IMG/VR virus record: IMGVR_UViG_3300009503_000018
Span: 1-64,000 of that record
Direction: 5' to 3' (one strand)
Length of the DNA stretch: 64,000 bases
Source: a virus
Shown: positions 37,199-46,043 of the stretch, in pieces
Numbering within the stretch: the first letter of the stretch is position 1
Layout of the letters: each line of letters opens with the position of its first letter
Translations under genes and position numbers: made by a program
The notes under the pieces: generated by a model
Database searches by the model: none
The model's input: only the letters and a program-made list of their open reading frames with translations
Told to the model about the DNA's origin: nothing

Positions 37199-37363
37199 TC
37201 AATCTGGCTCATCACACAACGGACACACCAGCGCACGACCTTCGTACCTCCAACCCGCCGGCAACAAACACATCGGTGGTCGGTCAAAGGCGCCGAGAAC
37301 GTTGTGCATAGTGACCCACCCACAGCGGTCGCAGACAAAGCGATACTCAATGTAGATCGGCAT
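37199..37363 (-). CDS. Small Zn-finger protein, 54 aa
   Basis: MPIYIEYRFVCDRCG...PAGW...LVCPLC; AAGGA upstream. Confidence 0.55.
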   Translation of the reverse strand: MPIYIEYRFVCDRCGWVTMHNVLGAFDRPPMCLLPAGWRYEGRALVCPLCDEPD

Positions 37364-37422
37364 GATCAATCCTTCTATCTCTTTTATTTTCCAATACTTA
37401 TTTCCAATTTTTTACCATTTAT

Positions 37423-37689
37423 CTATTTGAAATTCTTACGATTTTTGTGGCCTTTGCTATCCTTTTTCCCCTTTTCTTTTGTTACTAAATCCAATTTTTT
37501 CGCCAACCTTTTCTGAATTGTAATTTTCAATTCCGTTTTTCGTACCGGGATGTGTATCCCAATAGAACGACCTTTTCGGTCGATAACGTCAAAAATGTAA
37601 TATCGAGGATTCACTGTTTTATAGACTCGGAATTTACAAAATCGACCTTGGATTTCAACTCCGGGTTGGAATTTATGCGAAAACTGCAT
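37423..37689 (-). CDS. Hypothetical basic protein
   Basis: 88 aa. Confidence 0.5.
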   Translation of the reverse strand: MQFSHKFQPGVEIQGRFCKFRVYKTVNPRYYIFDVIDRKGRSIGIHIPVRKTELKITIQKRLAKKLDLVTKEKGKKDSKGHKNRKNFK

Positions 37690-37909
37690 ATGGGATAATC
37701 TCCCCTGTTATGATATTGCGAAATCTAAAAGAAAAAATGCAATCCTTAACGCGACCGCAACGGGCGCGGACAATAGACACACAATCTTCGAGAGTACATG
37801 GGTTCATTGGAATCCCATTACATCCACGCCGACAGTTTTCATGATACCACGAATCTTCAGTCACAGTCCACCGCCCCGCTTCGGTGTAAATGTCAATAAC
37901 CCATTCCAT
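37673..37909 (-). CDS. WIIE...RNIxTGExI paralogue family member
   Basis: WVIDI...EDSW...CRRGC...FRFRNIITGEIIPY. Confidence 0.75.
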   Translation of the reverse strand: MEWVIDIYTEAGRWTVTEDSWYHENCRRGCNGIPMNPCTLEDCVSIVRARCGRVKDCIFSFRFRNIITGEIIPYAVFA

Positions 37910-37912
37910 GAC

Positions 37913-38209
37913 TTATACGAAAAGCTCATAGGGAATGATTTCTCCCGTTTTGATATTGCGAAATCTCCAATACGGAGCGCACTTTCGTTTGTTACGAACC
38001 ACGACTAAACACTCTTCGAGAGAATGTGGCTTCATTGGAAGCTGATTACATCCATGCCGGCAGCTATTGCGAAACCACGAATCTTCAGCTACACCCCAAT
38101 TGAGATTACCCTGATCGTCGTAGTCTCGTATTTCGATAATCCACTCCCTCTTTTGTCTCATAATCCTGGCGTTAATAAACAGTACTTCCCGCATCAACGA
38201 AAAGCTCAT
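37913..38209 (-). CDS. WIIE...RNIxTGExI paralogue family member
   Basis: WIIEI...EDSWFRNSCRHGC...WRFRNIKTGEIIPYELFV; true start probably ATG near 38161. Confidence 0.75.
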   Translation of the reverse strand: MSFSLMREVLFINARIMRQKREWIIEIRDYDDQGNLNWGVAEDSWFRNSCRHGCNQLPMKPHSLEECLVVVRNKRKCAPYWRFRNIKTGEIIPYELFV

Positions 38210-38462
38210 AGGGAATGATTTCTCCCGTTTTGATATTGCGAAATCTCCAATTAGGAGCGAGCTTTCGTTTTATAAGAACCACGGCTAAACAATCTTCAAG
38301 AGAATGTGGCTGCATCGGAAGATTATATGCCCAAGCAGACTGGCAAATTCGACGGGTTTTACATCCATGCCGGCAGCTATTGCGAAACCACGAATCTTCA
38401 GCTACCATCCACTGTCCCGCAGTGGTATAAATGTCAATAACCCACGATTTGCTTTGTCTCAT
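38172..38462 (-). CDS. WIIE...RNIxTGExI paralogue family member
   Basis: WVIDI...EDSWFRNSCRHGC...WRFRNIKTGEIIPYELFV. Confidence 0.75.
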   Translation of the reverse strand: MRQSKSWVIDIYTTAGQWMVAEDSWFRNSCRHGCKTRRICQSAWAYNLPMQPHSLEDCLAVVLIKRKLAPNWRFRNIKTGEIIPYELFVDAGSTVY

Positions 38463-38623
38463 AATCCTACGTTAAGAAGCAAATGTGGAAGGCGCGGGTG
38501 TTCATATTTCGAAAAAGGATTTGGACGGTGAATAAGCAAGTAGAACAAAAAAAAGATTGCACCGGCTAAACACACAATATTGATAATTTTTTTTAACATT
38601 TTTAGTACAAACCGGGATGTCGT

Positions 38624-39007
38624 CTACGCTCGACGTGGACGGCCGCGATATTCGCGGGTGTCGCACTCGCCGGGATTCCTTTGCCACCCCATGTGAACCT
38701 CTACACGACGCATACCACATCGAGTGCATACCCATTCAAATCGGTACGTTGTCCCGCCAAGCGACCAAACGCCGGGGTTTGTATTGCAGCCGCCAACGAG
38801 TTTTACGTCATCGCTCCAGGCATGTTCTTCGTCCTCGTCCTTCGGGCATGGCGGCTCGTCCGCCCATGCTTCACAAATGCCATCCCCGCCACAACAAAAG
38901 TCGGTGGGATCATGGTCAATATCCCTAGTACAGTCATCGCAATAGTGAGCCATACGTTTCCTCCTATGCTCCCTGCTTCCAGCACACGAGACGGGCAATG
39001 CGCTCAA
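38624..39007 (-). CDS. Cys-rich hypothetical protein
   Basis: CDDC, CCGG, PGVWSLGG, CTRCG; start probably ATG 38953. Confidence 0.6.
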   Translation of the reverse strand: MSALPVSCAGSREHRRKRMAHYCDDCTRDIDHDPTDFCCGGDGICEAWADEPPCPKDEDEEHAWSDDVKLVGGCNTNPGVWSLGGTTYRFEWVCTRCGMRRVEVHMGWQRNPGECDTREYRGRPRRA

Positions 39008-39932
39008 ACGTTTCTTGATCCTGCGAAGCCTTCAAGACATTCGCCAATTTCACGACGGTACGCAAAGAGACCTCGCGGAGCTGGGCCTGATGCGCTCGGA
39101 TGTATTCCAACACCGAAGCCCCTTGTTCCGGTGTAATCCCGAGATGTTCGACCATATCGGTCTTTTGCACGACCTGTTCAAGCCGCAAGAATAGCTCCTG
39201 AGCAGACCGCAGGTGCAGATCCAGATAATACGAGCGACTAAGTAGCGCCTCGATATGGGGGGCGAGTCGGCTCTTGAGCGATCGTTCGAAGTCCATGTTG
39301 GTCACGAAAATGACCGCGCCGTCGAACGTGAAAGAATTCGGCAAAATATTGCCGTTTTCATCCTTGAATCGGTATTCGCTCAACCAGGAGATGTGCCGGC
39401 TCTTTGTCGTATCCAGGGCGGTCTTGAGCATGTTGAGCGATGTTTCATCGCCAAAGATCGAATCACAATCGTCGAGCATCAGGATAGACGATGCCTCGCG
39501 CGAGTCATACAAGAGACCATACAACCCGCTCGCCCGAGCATATCCATGCACCACTCGGGTCTTGAAATTCCCCCATGCCGTTGCCGCGAGCAGCGCCCGC
39601 TCGATTGTGTACGTCTTGCCGATGCCGGGATTCCCGGCGACGATCAGCGCCCGATAATGCCCACGCAGCACCCCATAGGCCATGTCTTCGAGGGCATCGA
39701 ATCGTTCGGCAATTTCTTGCCGGAGTACCTCGACAGACTTCGTCTTGACCGGCTCGGGCGGGGAATCGGAGGAATCGGGGGCTGAATCGAAAGCATAGAC
39801 CGGATTTCGACCCCGAGACACACACCGGAGCTTCGGCACGGCCAAAGAGTGTTGTGCGCAATACGCCAGCAAATCGCTGCGCCGCACCGTCTTCCCAAAC
39901 TGATTCCTCAACGCGCAAAGATCAACCTTCAT
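38964..39932 (-). CDS. Phage AAA-type ATPase
   Basis: GNPGIGKT, ILMLDDCD, LKTALD, VIFVTN. Confidence 0.85.
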   Translation of the reverse strand: MKVDLCALRNQFGKTVRRSDLLAYCAQHSLAVPKLRCVSRGRNPVYAFDSAPDSSDSPPEPVKTKSVEVLRQEIAERFDALEDMAYGVLRGHYRALIVAGNPGIGKTYTIERALLAATAWGNFKTRVVHGYARASGLYGLLYDSREASSILMLDDCDSIFGDETSLNMLKTALDTTKSRHISWLSEYRFKDENGNILPNSFTFDGAVIFVTNMDFERSLKSRLAPHIEALLSRSYYLDLHLRSAQELFLRLEQVVQKTDMVEHLGITPEQGASVLEYIRAHQAQLREVSLRTVVKLANVLKASQDQETFERIARLVCWKQGA

Positions 39933-40017
39933 ATCGGTTCCTTCAAGTCGAAGAAGTCATCAGCGTCGATGTGCTTTGCTCTTTGCTTAGGACTCACCTT
40001 ATTCTCCAAACTCTTTC

Positions 40018-40046
40018 ATAGTACCCCGTTTAATCGAAAATGTCAA
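40018..40046 (-). promoter_or_regulatory. Sigma70-type promoter
   Basis: TTGACA-N17-TACTAT. Confidence 0.7.
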
Positions 40047-40249
40047 TACGGTCGGGCTTCCTTAACGGTTGGTGGATGCAGTACGCGGAACCACGACGGC
40101 GGGATCGCACGACCGGACCGTGCGTACTCAGCTTGTGCCGCGCGCAGATGCCATTCACACACTGCTACGCCGTGGACATCATAATGCCCGGGCGCCCAAC
40201 AGCGGCGGCCGTCTCGACGAGTCCAAGTACATTTCATGTAATGGCGCAT
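40043..40249 (-). CDS. Small Cys/His protein
   Basis: 68 aa, C...C...CEWH; GGAGG RBS. Confidence 0.6.
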   Translation of the reverse strand: MRHYMKCTWTRRDGRRCWAPGHYDVHGVAVCEWHLRAAQAEYARSGRAIPPSWFRVLHPPTVKEARPY

Positions 40250-40275
40250 TGCTATCCTCCTCCCTGATTGTTCCT

Positions 40276-40304
40276 ATCATACCCGGATTAGCGAATAATG
40301 TCAA
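40276..40304 (-). promoter_or_regulatory. Sigma70-type promoter (leftward arm of divergent pair)
   Basis: TTGACA-ttattcgctaatccggg-TATGAT. Confidence 0.85.
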
Positions 40305-40316
40305 GAGGAATAATGA

Positions 40317-40427
40317 ATAGGCATAAACATAGCACTCGCGCATTGACAAAATTCACGAACCCGTGTATGATAGGCTTTCCCGTTAACAAAGGAGACCCTT
40401 ATGGCTAAGAAGGCACAGACGATGTAC
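40317..40427 (+). promoter_or_regulatory. Promoter-RBS-MAKKAQ cassette copy 2
   Basis: TTGACA 40343-48, TATGAT 40366-71, ATG 40401. Confidence 0.9.
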
Positions 40428-40610
40428 AACTGGTGGCTAGCTCGACTCGAAGGGGACAAGGCAACTCCAGAGCAACATGCGCGGATTCTGGAGTTGGCCA
40501 AACAATTGAATAAGAATTATCCTGAAAAGGTAATTCTGGAAGCAGTCCAGAGCACAATGTGCAGAGAATTCGCTTATAGTGTGATTCACTACTTGCTACG
40601 GCAGCTATAA
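40401..40610 (+). CDS. Hypothetical early protein (MAKKAQ start)
   Basis: 69 aa behind cassette copy 2. Confidence 0.7.
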   Translation: MAKKAQTMYNWWLARLEGDKATPEQHARILELAKQLNKNYPEKVILEAVQSTMCREFAYSVIHYLLRQL

Positions 40611-40717
40611 GCATAAACATAGCACTCGCGCATTGACAAAATTCACGAACCCGTGTATGATAGGCTTTCCCGTTAACAAAGGAGACCCTTATGGCTAAGA
40701 AGGCACAGACGATGTAC
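40607..40717 (+). promoter_or_regulatory. Promoter-RBS-MAKKAQ cassette copy 3
   Basis: TTGACA 40633-38, TATGAT 40656-61, ATG 40691; 290 bp from copy 2. Confidence 0.9.
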
Positions 40718-41152
40718 CAGATCACGATTGACGGATCGCCGCTGAACGTGCGGCGGTTGGACCGTGTTCCGCTTATCTACGTGAGCGGCCCGTTGACGAC
40801 GGGCCACATGCCAACGAACATCCGTAACGCGCTAGAAATCGCGTACATGTTGATGACAAGCGGCTACTCCGTCATTGTGCCGCACGAGCAAGCGCTGCTG
40901 ATGGAAGCGCTGTATCCGATGAGCTATGTGGAGCGGCTACGCTACAACTTCAAATGCCTCCTTGCGTGCGATGCGGTATACCGTATCAGCGGCGAATCGC
41001 GGGGCGCGGATTTGGAAGTGCGGTTCGCGGAGTCTCGCGGTATCCCCGTGTTTAGTCAGCTTATCGACTTGATGAAGAACGTACCGCCGGACAAGTACCG
41101 CCCGCGCGTCAAGGCAAACAGGAGAGTCAAGCCGACGACGCGGTGTGCTTGA
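40691..41152 (+). CDS. DUF4406 / nucleoside deoxyribosyltransferase-like protein
   Basis: IYVSGP, VIVPH, LLACDAVY...GESRGADLE...A...GIPV. Confidence 0.8.
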   Translation: MAKKAQTMYQITIDGSPLNVRRLDRVPLIYVSGPLTTGHMPTNIRNALEIAYMLMTSGYSVIVPHEQALLMEALYPMSYVERLRYNFKCLLACDAVYRISGESRGADLEVRFAESRGIPVFSQLIDLMKNVPPDKYRPRVKANRRVKPTTRCA

Positions 41153-41177
41153 CAAAATTTGCGAATCCGGGTATATT
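41149..41177 (+). promoter_or_regulatory. Sigma70-type promoter
   Basis: TTGACA-aaatttgcgaatccggg-TATATT, then AAAGGAG RBS. Confidence 0.8.
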
Positions 41178-41197
41178 CTAAGTGAAAGGAGCTAATC

Positions 41198-41425
41198 ATG
41201 GGTCTTTGGACAGCCGCGAGTGACGTAGATTACGACACGGAGTGTGGAAACGGGGATTTGTGGGACAACTCCGATCATGCCGAGTTCGAGGCGTGGCTTG
41301 AAGACTCCGGGTTTTTGAGCATGCCGGAAGACGAAGCATGGGAAGAGTTTTTGCGCCAGCGGTGGGAAACGTCAGTTCCCTTTTCGAACGATGTCGATGT
41401 CGAAGAAGATGACATTGCTTTTTAA
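41198..41425 (+). CDS. Highly acidic small protein
   Basis: 75 aa: 23 D/E, 2 R, 0 K, aromatic-rich. Confidence 0.7.
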   Translation: MGLWTAASDVDYDTECGNGDLWDNSDHAEFEAWLEDSGFLSMPEDEAWEEFLRQRWETSVPFSNDVDVEEDDIAF

Positions 41426-41690
41426 TAAGAGGTCTATGAAGAAGAACAAATAATTCCAACGAAGCCGAAAAGATTCGTGTAGGTTGCTGAAGCGCTGCAA
41501 AGCCTATCTGAACCATTGCACAGCATCTGCGATTCGCTCGATAGCATTGCTGAGGTGGTGAAAGGCAAGAGTGAATCGGCGATTAGACGTGGCTAATGCG
41601 CTCAACAATGACTAGACGGCGCCGGACCAAGGAAAAGGCCATAGCACTTGCGTATTGACAATATTTGAAAATCCGTGTAAAGATGAGGTT

Positions 41691-42119
41691 ATGGATGAGC
41701 TACGGATCGTTCGCGAACGCCGAAAGGGATATGGGCAGTGCCGTGTTGCCCGCGACCCTAAGGCGGTCGTAGAGGCATTCAAGGATCATTTTCAAAGCCT
41801 TGATCGTGAGCAAGTGATCGCCATTGTCCTAGACACGAAAAATCACATTCAGGGCTTTCACGTCGTTAGCACTGGTTCGTTGGATTCCTCAATCGTACAT
41901 CCCCGAGAAGTCTATAAAATCGCTGTACTGTCCAACGCTTCGGCGATTATTCTCGTCCACAACCACCCAAGCGGCGATCCGACTCCATCATCGGAGGACG
42001 TTTCTCTTACTCGGCGGTTGAAGCAGGCTGGTGACATTCTCGGGATTAAGCTGCTCGACCACATCGTCATCGGCGATGACACATATGTGTCAATTTGCGA
42101 AAAGTATGGTCTCGATTGA
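41691..42119 (+). CDS. radC: RadC-like JAB-domain protein
   Basis: DREQ, G.LD.SIVHPREV, IILVHNHPSGDPTPS.ED..LT..L, LLDHIVIG; own promoter TTGACA 41655. Confidence 0.92.
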   Translation: MDELRIVRERRKGYGQCRVARDPKAVVEAFKDHFQSLDREQVIAIVLDTKNHIQGFHVVSTGSLDSSIVHPREVYKIAVLSNASAIILVHNHPSGDPTPSSEDVSLTRRLKQAGDILGIKLLDHIVIGDDTYVSICEKYGLD

Positions 42120-42221
42120 TTGCTGATTGATTTCAGACTATTGACATTAGTCATCAATCCTGGTATGCTTCGATGAAGCGCTGGACGCACGCAACGGCAA
42201 TTTTAACGGGAGAAAAGAGTT

Positions 42222-42437
42222 ATGGCAATTCAAAATGCAGTCCGGACTTTAAATGTTGAAGTCGCGTGCGAAGAAAATGGCGATTTTGTGGCACGTGTGC
42301 CCCAAGCCGACAGTACGTTCATTTTCATAGAAAAGTCATGGGAGGCGCTAATGCGCAAAATCGCAACGAAGCTCCGTCCATCAATTACAGAACCGGTGCG
42401 TTGTTCGTTTAATTTGCTTGTTTATCCCGCTGATTAA
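42222..42437 (+). CDS. Hypothetical protein
   Basis: 71 aa; promoter TTGACA 42141-N17-TATGCT. Confidence 0.55.
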   Translation: MAIQNAVRTLNVEVACEENGDFVARVPQADSTFIFIEKSWEALMRKIATKLRPSITEPVRCSFNLLVYPAD

Positions 42438-42635
42438 TCGTGACTTATGTATGGGGTTTAGGGCGTCAATAACAACAACAATGAGCGCAAAAAAGTCAAA
42501 AACTGATGGCTTTTGGACCGAGGTTGCACGGCTCGTGGAAGCCTACAAAGAAGGAACCGAAGAAGTTTCACAATTCTTGGCGTATCTAAAAGCGGATGAC
42601 GCGCCAAAGCAAGAAGATTAAGAAAGGGCTAATAC

Positions 42636-43394
42636 ATGGCATACTCATTTCGCCTTGGTGATTCGGGGAATACGGAAATATGGGTGGAAGATCTGTATCG
42701 AACCCAGGGGACTGTGAATGGGAAGTATCCTGGCATTTGCCAACACTGCGGTAAAACCGGAATCCGGTACATTGCACATGTCCGCCAGGATGTCGCCGAT
42801 ACGCTTGCTCGGGGATTGGGCAATGCAACAAGCGCCGGTGGCCCCTTGACTTTGGATGATACGCAACAGACTGTCTTGTCCGCTGCTTTGCTCGAAGGCA
42901 AGGCAAAGAAACAAGTCGATGTCGGGTGTGTCTGTGTATCGCAGTATTTTGTTGATTGCGGTGTCGATGCGGGTTTGGCGACCCGCGCACAACGAGTAGT
43001 CAATCGGATTATGCATTGTTTGCAGACCATCGCTGCCCTCGAAGGTGATAGTGCTCCCGAGCGACTCCAGAGCGCTGTTGCCCGATGGGAGCTTGTGGCC
43101 GATCTTCGAGATCGCGCCGAGGCTATTGGTAGTGTGCCGTATTGGAACGAACCGAAGCTCGCCGATCCAGTTGCTCGGCAGATCTATTTTGCCATCCGTT
43201 CAAAGGCGCGTAGTGACTACGCGCAAGCGGCGGAAAAGTGGAAGCGACTTGCCCACGGATATTACACGCATTTTCGGAGGAATACGCCTACCCCTGTGAC
43301 TGTCGACAATCTGCTTGATTACTATCAGAGAAAAATTGCCGAAATTCAACAGAAATTGACAGCATATGAACAGGGTCCGAAATTCGTAGCCTAA
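42636..43394 (+). CDS. Hypothetical protein with CxxC...GxxC Zn motif
   Basis: 252 aa; CQHCGK..IRY, VGCVC. Confidence 0.7.
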   Translation: MAYSFRLGDSGNTEIWVEDLYRTQGTVNGKYPGICQHCGKTGIRYIAHVRQDVADTLARGLGNATSAGGPLTLDDTQQTVLSAALLEGKAKKQVDVGCVCVSQYFVDCGVDAGLATRAQRVVNRIMHCLQTIAALEGDSAPERLQSAVARWELVADLRDRAEAIGSVPYWNEPKLADPVARQIYFAIRSKARSDYAQAAEKWKRLAHGYYTHFRRNTPTPVTVDNLLDYYQRKIAEIQQKLTAYEQGPKFVA

Positions 43395-43413
43395 AAATAA
43401 TCTATTCTTTTGT

Positions 43414-43998
43414 ATGGCTATTTCATCATTTGCCGACAATACTGGACTGCGTCAGGTCGGGAAATTAGAAGACGCCGATTCTGACGCTATTTTTGCTGCA
43501 CTTCAGCAGCTACATTCTGCTGGTGTGTCATGTGTGAGTGTGATCAACATTGCGGATCGTATTCTTGTGTATGAATGCAGACAATGCAAAAAGTTGTGGA
43601 TTAATGATACACTACATAAAATTCCGCGTTGGAATATTAGTCGTACTGGCCATAAAGGAAGACCGATTAACGTTGACGAAATTATTACCGCGCTAGCGCT
43701 GTGGGATTCCGATTCATTATATTGCGAACCGTGTTTGTTGGACATTATCGTTCCATTTCTAGCTCGGGAAGTCCTAGATACGTTAAAAAATAAAAATCTG
43801 AAAAAGTTTTTTCGCGCTTTTGTTCAGCGACTAGAAATCGAATCGTCTAATTTTAAGTCTGACAACCCTAAGCAACAAGTCAAATACAGATTTTATGTGA
43901 AATTTGTAGAAAAAATGATAAAAGATCTTTCCCCGCGCTATAGAACCGCGTGCAAAGACTTGACACGGGCGATGGTTATTCTGGGGCTGATTCAGTGA
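43414..43998 (+). CDS. Hypothetical protein
   Basis: 194 aa, two CxxC. Confidence 0.6.
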   Translation: MAISSFADNTGLRQVGKLEDADSDAIFAALQQLHSAGVSCVSVINIADRILVYECRQCKKLWINDTLHKIPRWNISRTGHKGRPINVDEIITALALWDSDSLYCEPCLLDIIVPFLAREVLDTLKNKNLKKFFRAFVQRLEIESSNFKSDNPKQQVKYRFYVKFVEKMIKDLSPRYRTACKDLTRAMVILGLIQ

Positions 43999-44345
43999 GT
44001 ATAGGACCAATACGGGCTACGTACCGACACCGCACATTCGGCGGTTCTTCGTATTTTTTCCTTGATGACGAAGAAGTTCGCCAATTTTTTTATCAACCAA
44101 AGGAAACTGGAGAACTACGACTCGCATACGCTGTGCTGAAACAGGCGCTGGAAGATTTTTGTGAATATGCTAAATCCAAACAGAAGAAAAAGTTTAGAAA
44201 AGTGGCGTCCTGGATTTACAGTAATGACACATCTTGGCCGTTTTCATTCGTTTCATTATGTCACATATTAGGAATTAATGAAACCGTCTTAAGAGACCGT
44301 ATTGACAAGTGGCGCATGTATTCCGCTTGTGTGGAAAATAAATAA
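43995..44345 (+). CDS. Conserved hypothetical protein (E.RL..AVL..A..D...W..S.D..WPFSF...C..LGI family)
   Basis: GELRLAYAVLKQALEDF...WIYSNDTSWPFSFVSLCHILGIN. Confidence 0.7.
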   Translation: MSIGPIRATYRHRTFGGSSYFFLDDEEVRQFFYQPKETGELRLAYAVLKQALEDFCEYAKSKQKKKFRKVASWIYSNDTSWPFSFVSLCHILGINETVLRDRIDKWRMYSACVENK

Positions 44346-46043
44346 ATGGCCCAACTGTATGTCGGAGTAGCGATTCACGGTTGTCGTGACTACGTCGCGC
44401 CGTGTCTTGAATCACTTTTGAGTAGTGAGTTAGACTTTCCTACGCATTTTATTTTTTTAGATAATGGATCCCCCAATCCCACCGAAATTCTTGATATATT
44501 TAACATAATGAAAGCAAAATACGGCGACGTTCTCGAATGTTACAAAAGCGCAGTCAATAAGGGGTGTGCTGGGGGTTGGAATTTCTGTATTCAAAAAGCC
44601 CTGGCCGATCCAGAATGCCAATGGGTGATTCTTGCTGGACACGATATCGTTGTTCATCCACGTACACTCAGCAATCTCGTCCATCGGTATTTGCGCGGCG
44701 GCGTCGATATTACTTCAGGTGTAGACGCCGTGTACGATGCGGACATGCCCACTCCCGAAGACAAAGAAGTGCCAGGAGCAAACTTCTCGCTAATCTTGTT
44801 GCCACGAAAAGTTATTGAGACAGTTGGTTTGTTCGATGAAAATTTCTGGCCGGCGTATTTTGAAGATAATGATTATCACTATAGAGCAATTCTTGCCGGG
44901 TGTGGTAATGGTGTCTGGACCTGGCTTGCTCCATTTCGACATGCGCGATCATCAACGATCCGGACCTATCCCCAATTGCTAGCACAATCGAAAAGTGCCG
45001 CCTATTTTATTCAAAAATGGGGCGGACTCCCGAATGAAGTCTTAAAAAATAACGAAACTCTTCGTATAGCATGTGAACGTGAAGACTTGCGCCGATCTTT
45101 AGAATCAGGTAAAGGGTGGAAAGGAGAAAGTACTATGTTTGTTTTGTGCATTCCGGCCTTAGATACGCATGATCTGACTCATCAGACTATTCTGCATCTG
45201 AATGAAACAGTCGTCGATAAAAATGGCTTTATCGCCTTAATAGTAGATAATGACTCCGAAGTTCCTTATGATCTCAGCGAATTTTCTGGCACCAACTTAC
45301 GCATCGAAATTATCCGTAATACGGAGAATAAGGGGAATTTCTATCCACTGCTTCAGGCAGACATGTGGGTCAAAACCCATTTCCCTTCTGATCGTGATCA
45401 CATTGTCGGCGTGATGCACAACGATGTGTTTATTTATGAAAAAGGTTGGGATTTGCGTGTGCGAGATGCTTTTTGGAAAGACGAAAAGCTCGGGGCGCTA
45501 GGTTTCTGCGGTTCGAATGAAGTATGCGAACGAGGCGGTCGCGGCGGCGGAACGATGTGTTATTTCGATGGACGAGCGGGGCAGAGCCCGAATACGGGGC
45601 GTCGAATTATCGGACTTCATCCGGCCTTGATTTTTGATGCTTTGTGTATGATCTTCCGTTCCAGCGTTCTTCCGGTATTGAAAATCGACGACAGTATTAC
45701 TCTGATGCATTTTTATGATCGGATTTGGCCATTAAGACTCGTTGATGCAGGTTATCACGTCGCCGTTTTGGGCGTCCAAATTGACCATGTCGGCGGAAGG
45801 ACGAGCCCAAAACATAATATTGACGCAGCGAAGTGGTGCAAAAAGTACGGTATTCCCTATAATGAAGCCGATATCGGCAGCGCTGGACATGCTGTATATC
45901 TCGAAGCCGAGCGCCGAATGTTTGAAGAATTCGCCCCGAAAGGGCTCATTCCAAGCTGCATTGACGCTAATTATAATGTCACACGATTTTATAACAGGGC
46001 GAAATGGCCTAATCCATCGCCTTACAAAAAACCTAATTCATGA
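44346..46043 (+). CDS. Tandem GT2-GT2 glycosyltransferase fusion
   Basis: Domain 1 LDNGS/NKGCAGGWN/VGLFDENF..AYFEDNDY; domain 2 IVDNDS/NKGN/MHNDV. Confidence 0.85.
   Translation: MAQLYVGVAIHGCRDYVAPCLESLLSSELDFPTHFIFLDNGSPNPTEILDIFNIMKAKYGDVLECYKSAVNKGCAGGWNFCIQKALADPECQWVILAGHDIVVHPRTLSNLVHRYLRGGVDITSGVDAVYDADMPTPEDKEVPGANFSLILLPRKVIETVGLFDENFWPAYFEDNDYHYRAILAGCGNGVWTWLAPFRHARSSTIRTYPQLLAQSKSAAYFIQKWGGLPNEVLKNNETLRIACEREDLRRSLESGKGWKGESTMFVLCIPALDTHDLTHQTILHLNETVVDKNGFIALIVDNDSEVPYDLSEFSGTNLRIEIIRNTENKGNFYPLLQADMWVKTHFPSDRDHIVGVMHNDVFIYEKGWDLRVRDAFWKDEKLGALGFCGSNEVCERGGRGGGTMCYFDGRAGQSPNTGRRIIGLHPALIFDALCMIFRSSVLPVLKIDDSITLMHFYDRIWPLRLVDAGYHVAVLGVQIDHVGGRTSPKHNIDAAKWCKKYGIPYNEADIGSAGHAVYLEAERRMFEEFAPKGLIPSCIDANYNVTRFYNRAKWPNPSPYKKPNS

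Noticed and set aside
37913-38462. Diversity-generating retroelement (TR/VR) explanation for near-identical paralogue 3' ends
   Set aside because: Mismatches between copies involve all four bases rather than only adenines, and no reverse transcriptase is present in the window.
34428-40725. ORFs 34428-34757, 40301-40501 and 40405-40725 sharing 'VCAFLAIRVSFVNGKAYHTRVREFCQCASAMF'
   Set aside because: They are antisense translations of the repeated promoter cassette, not a protein family.
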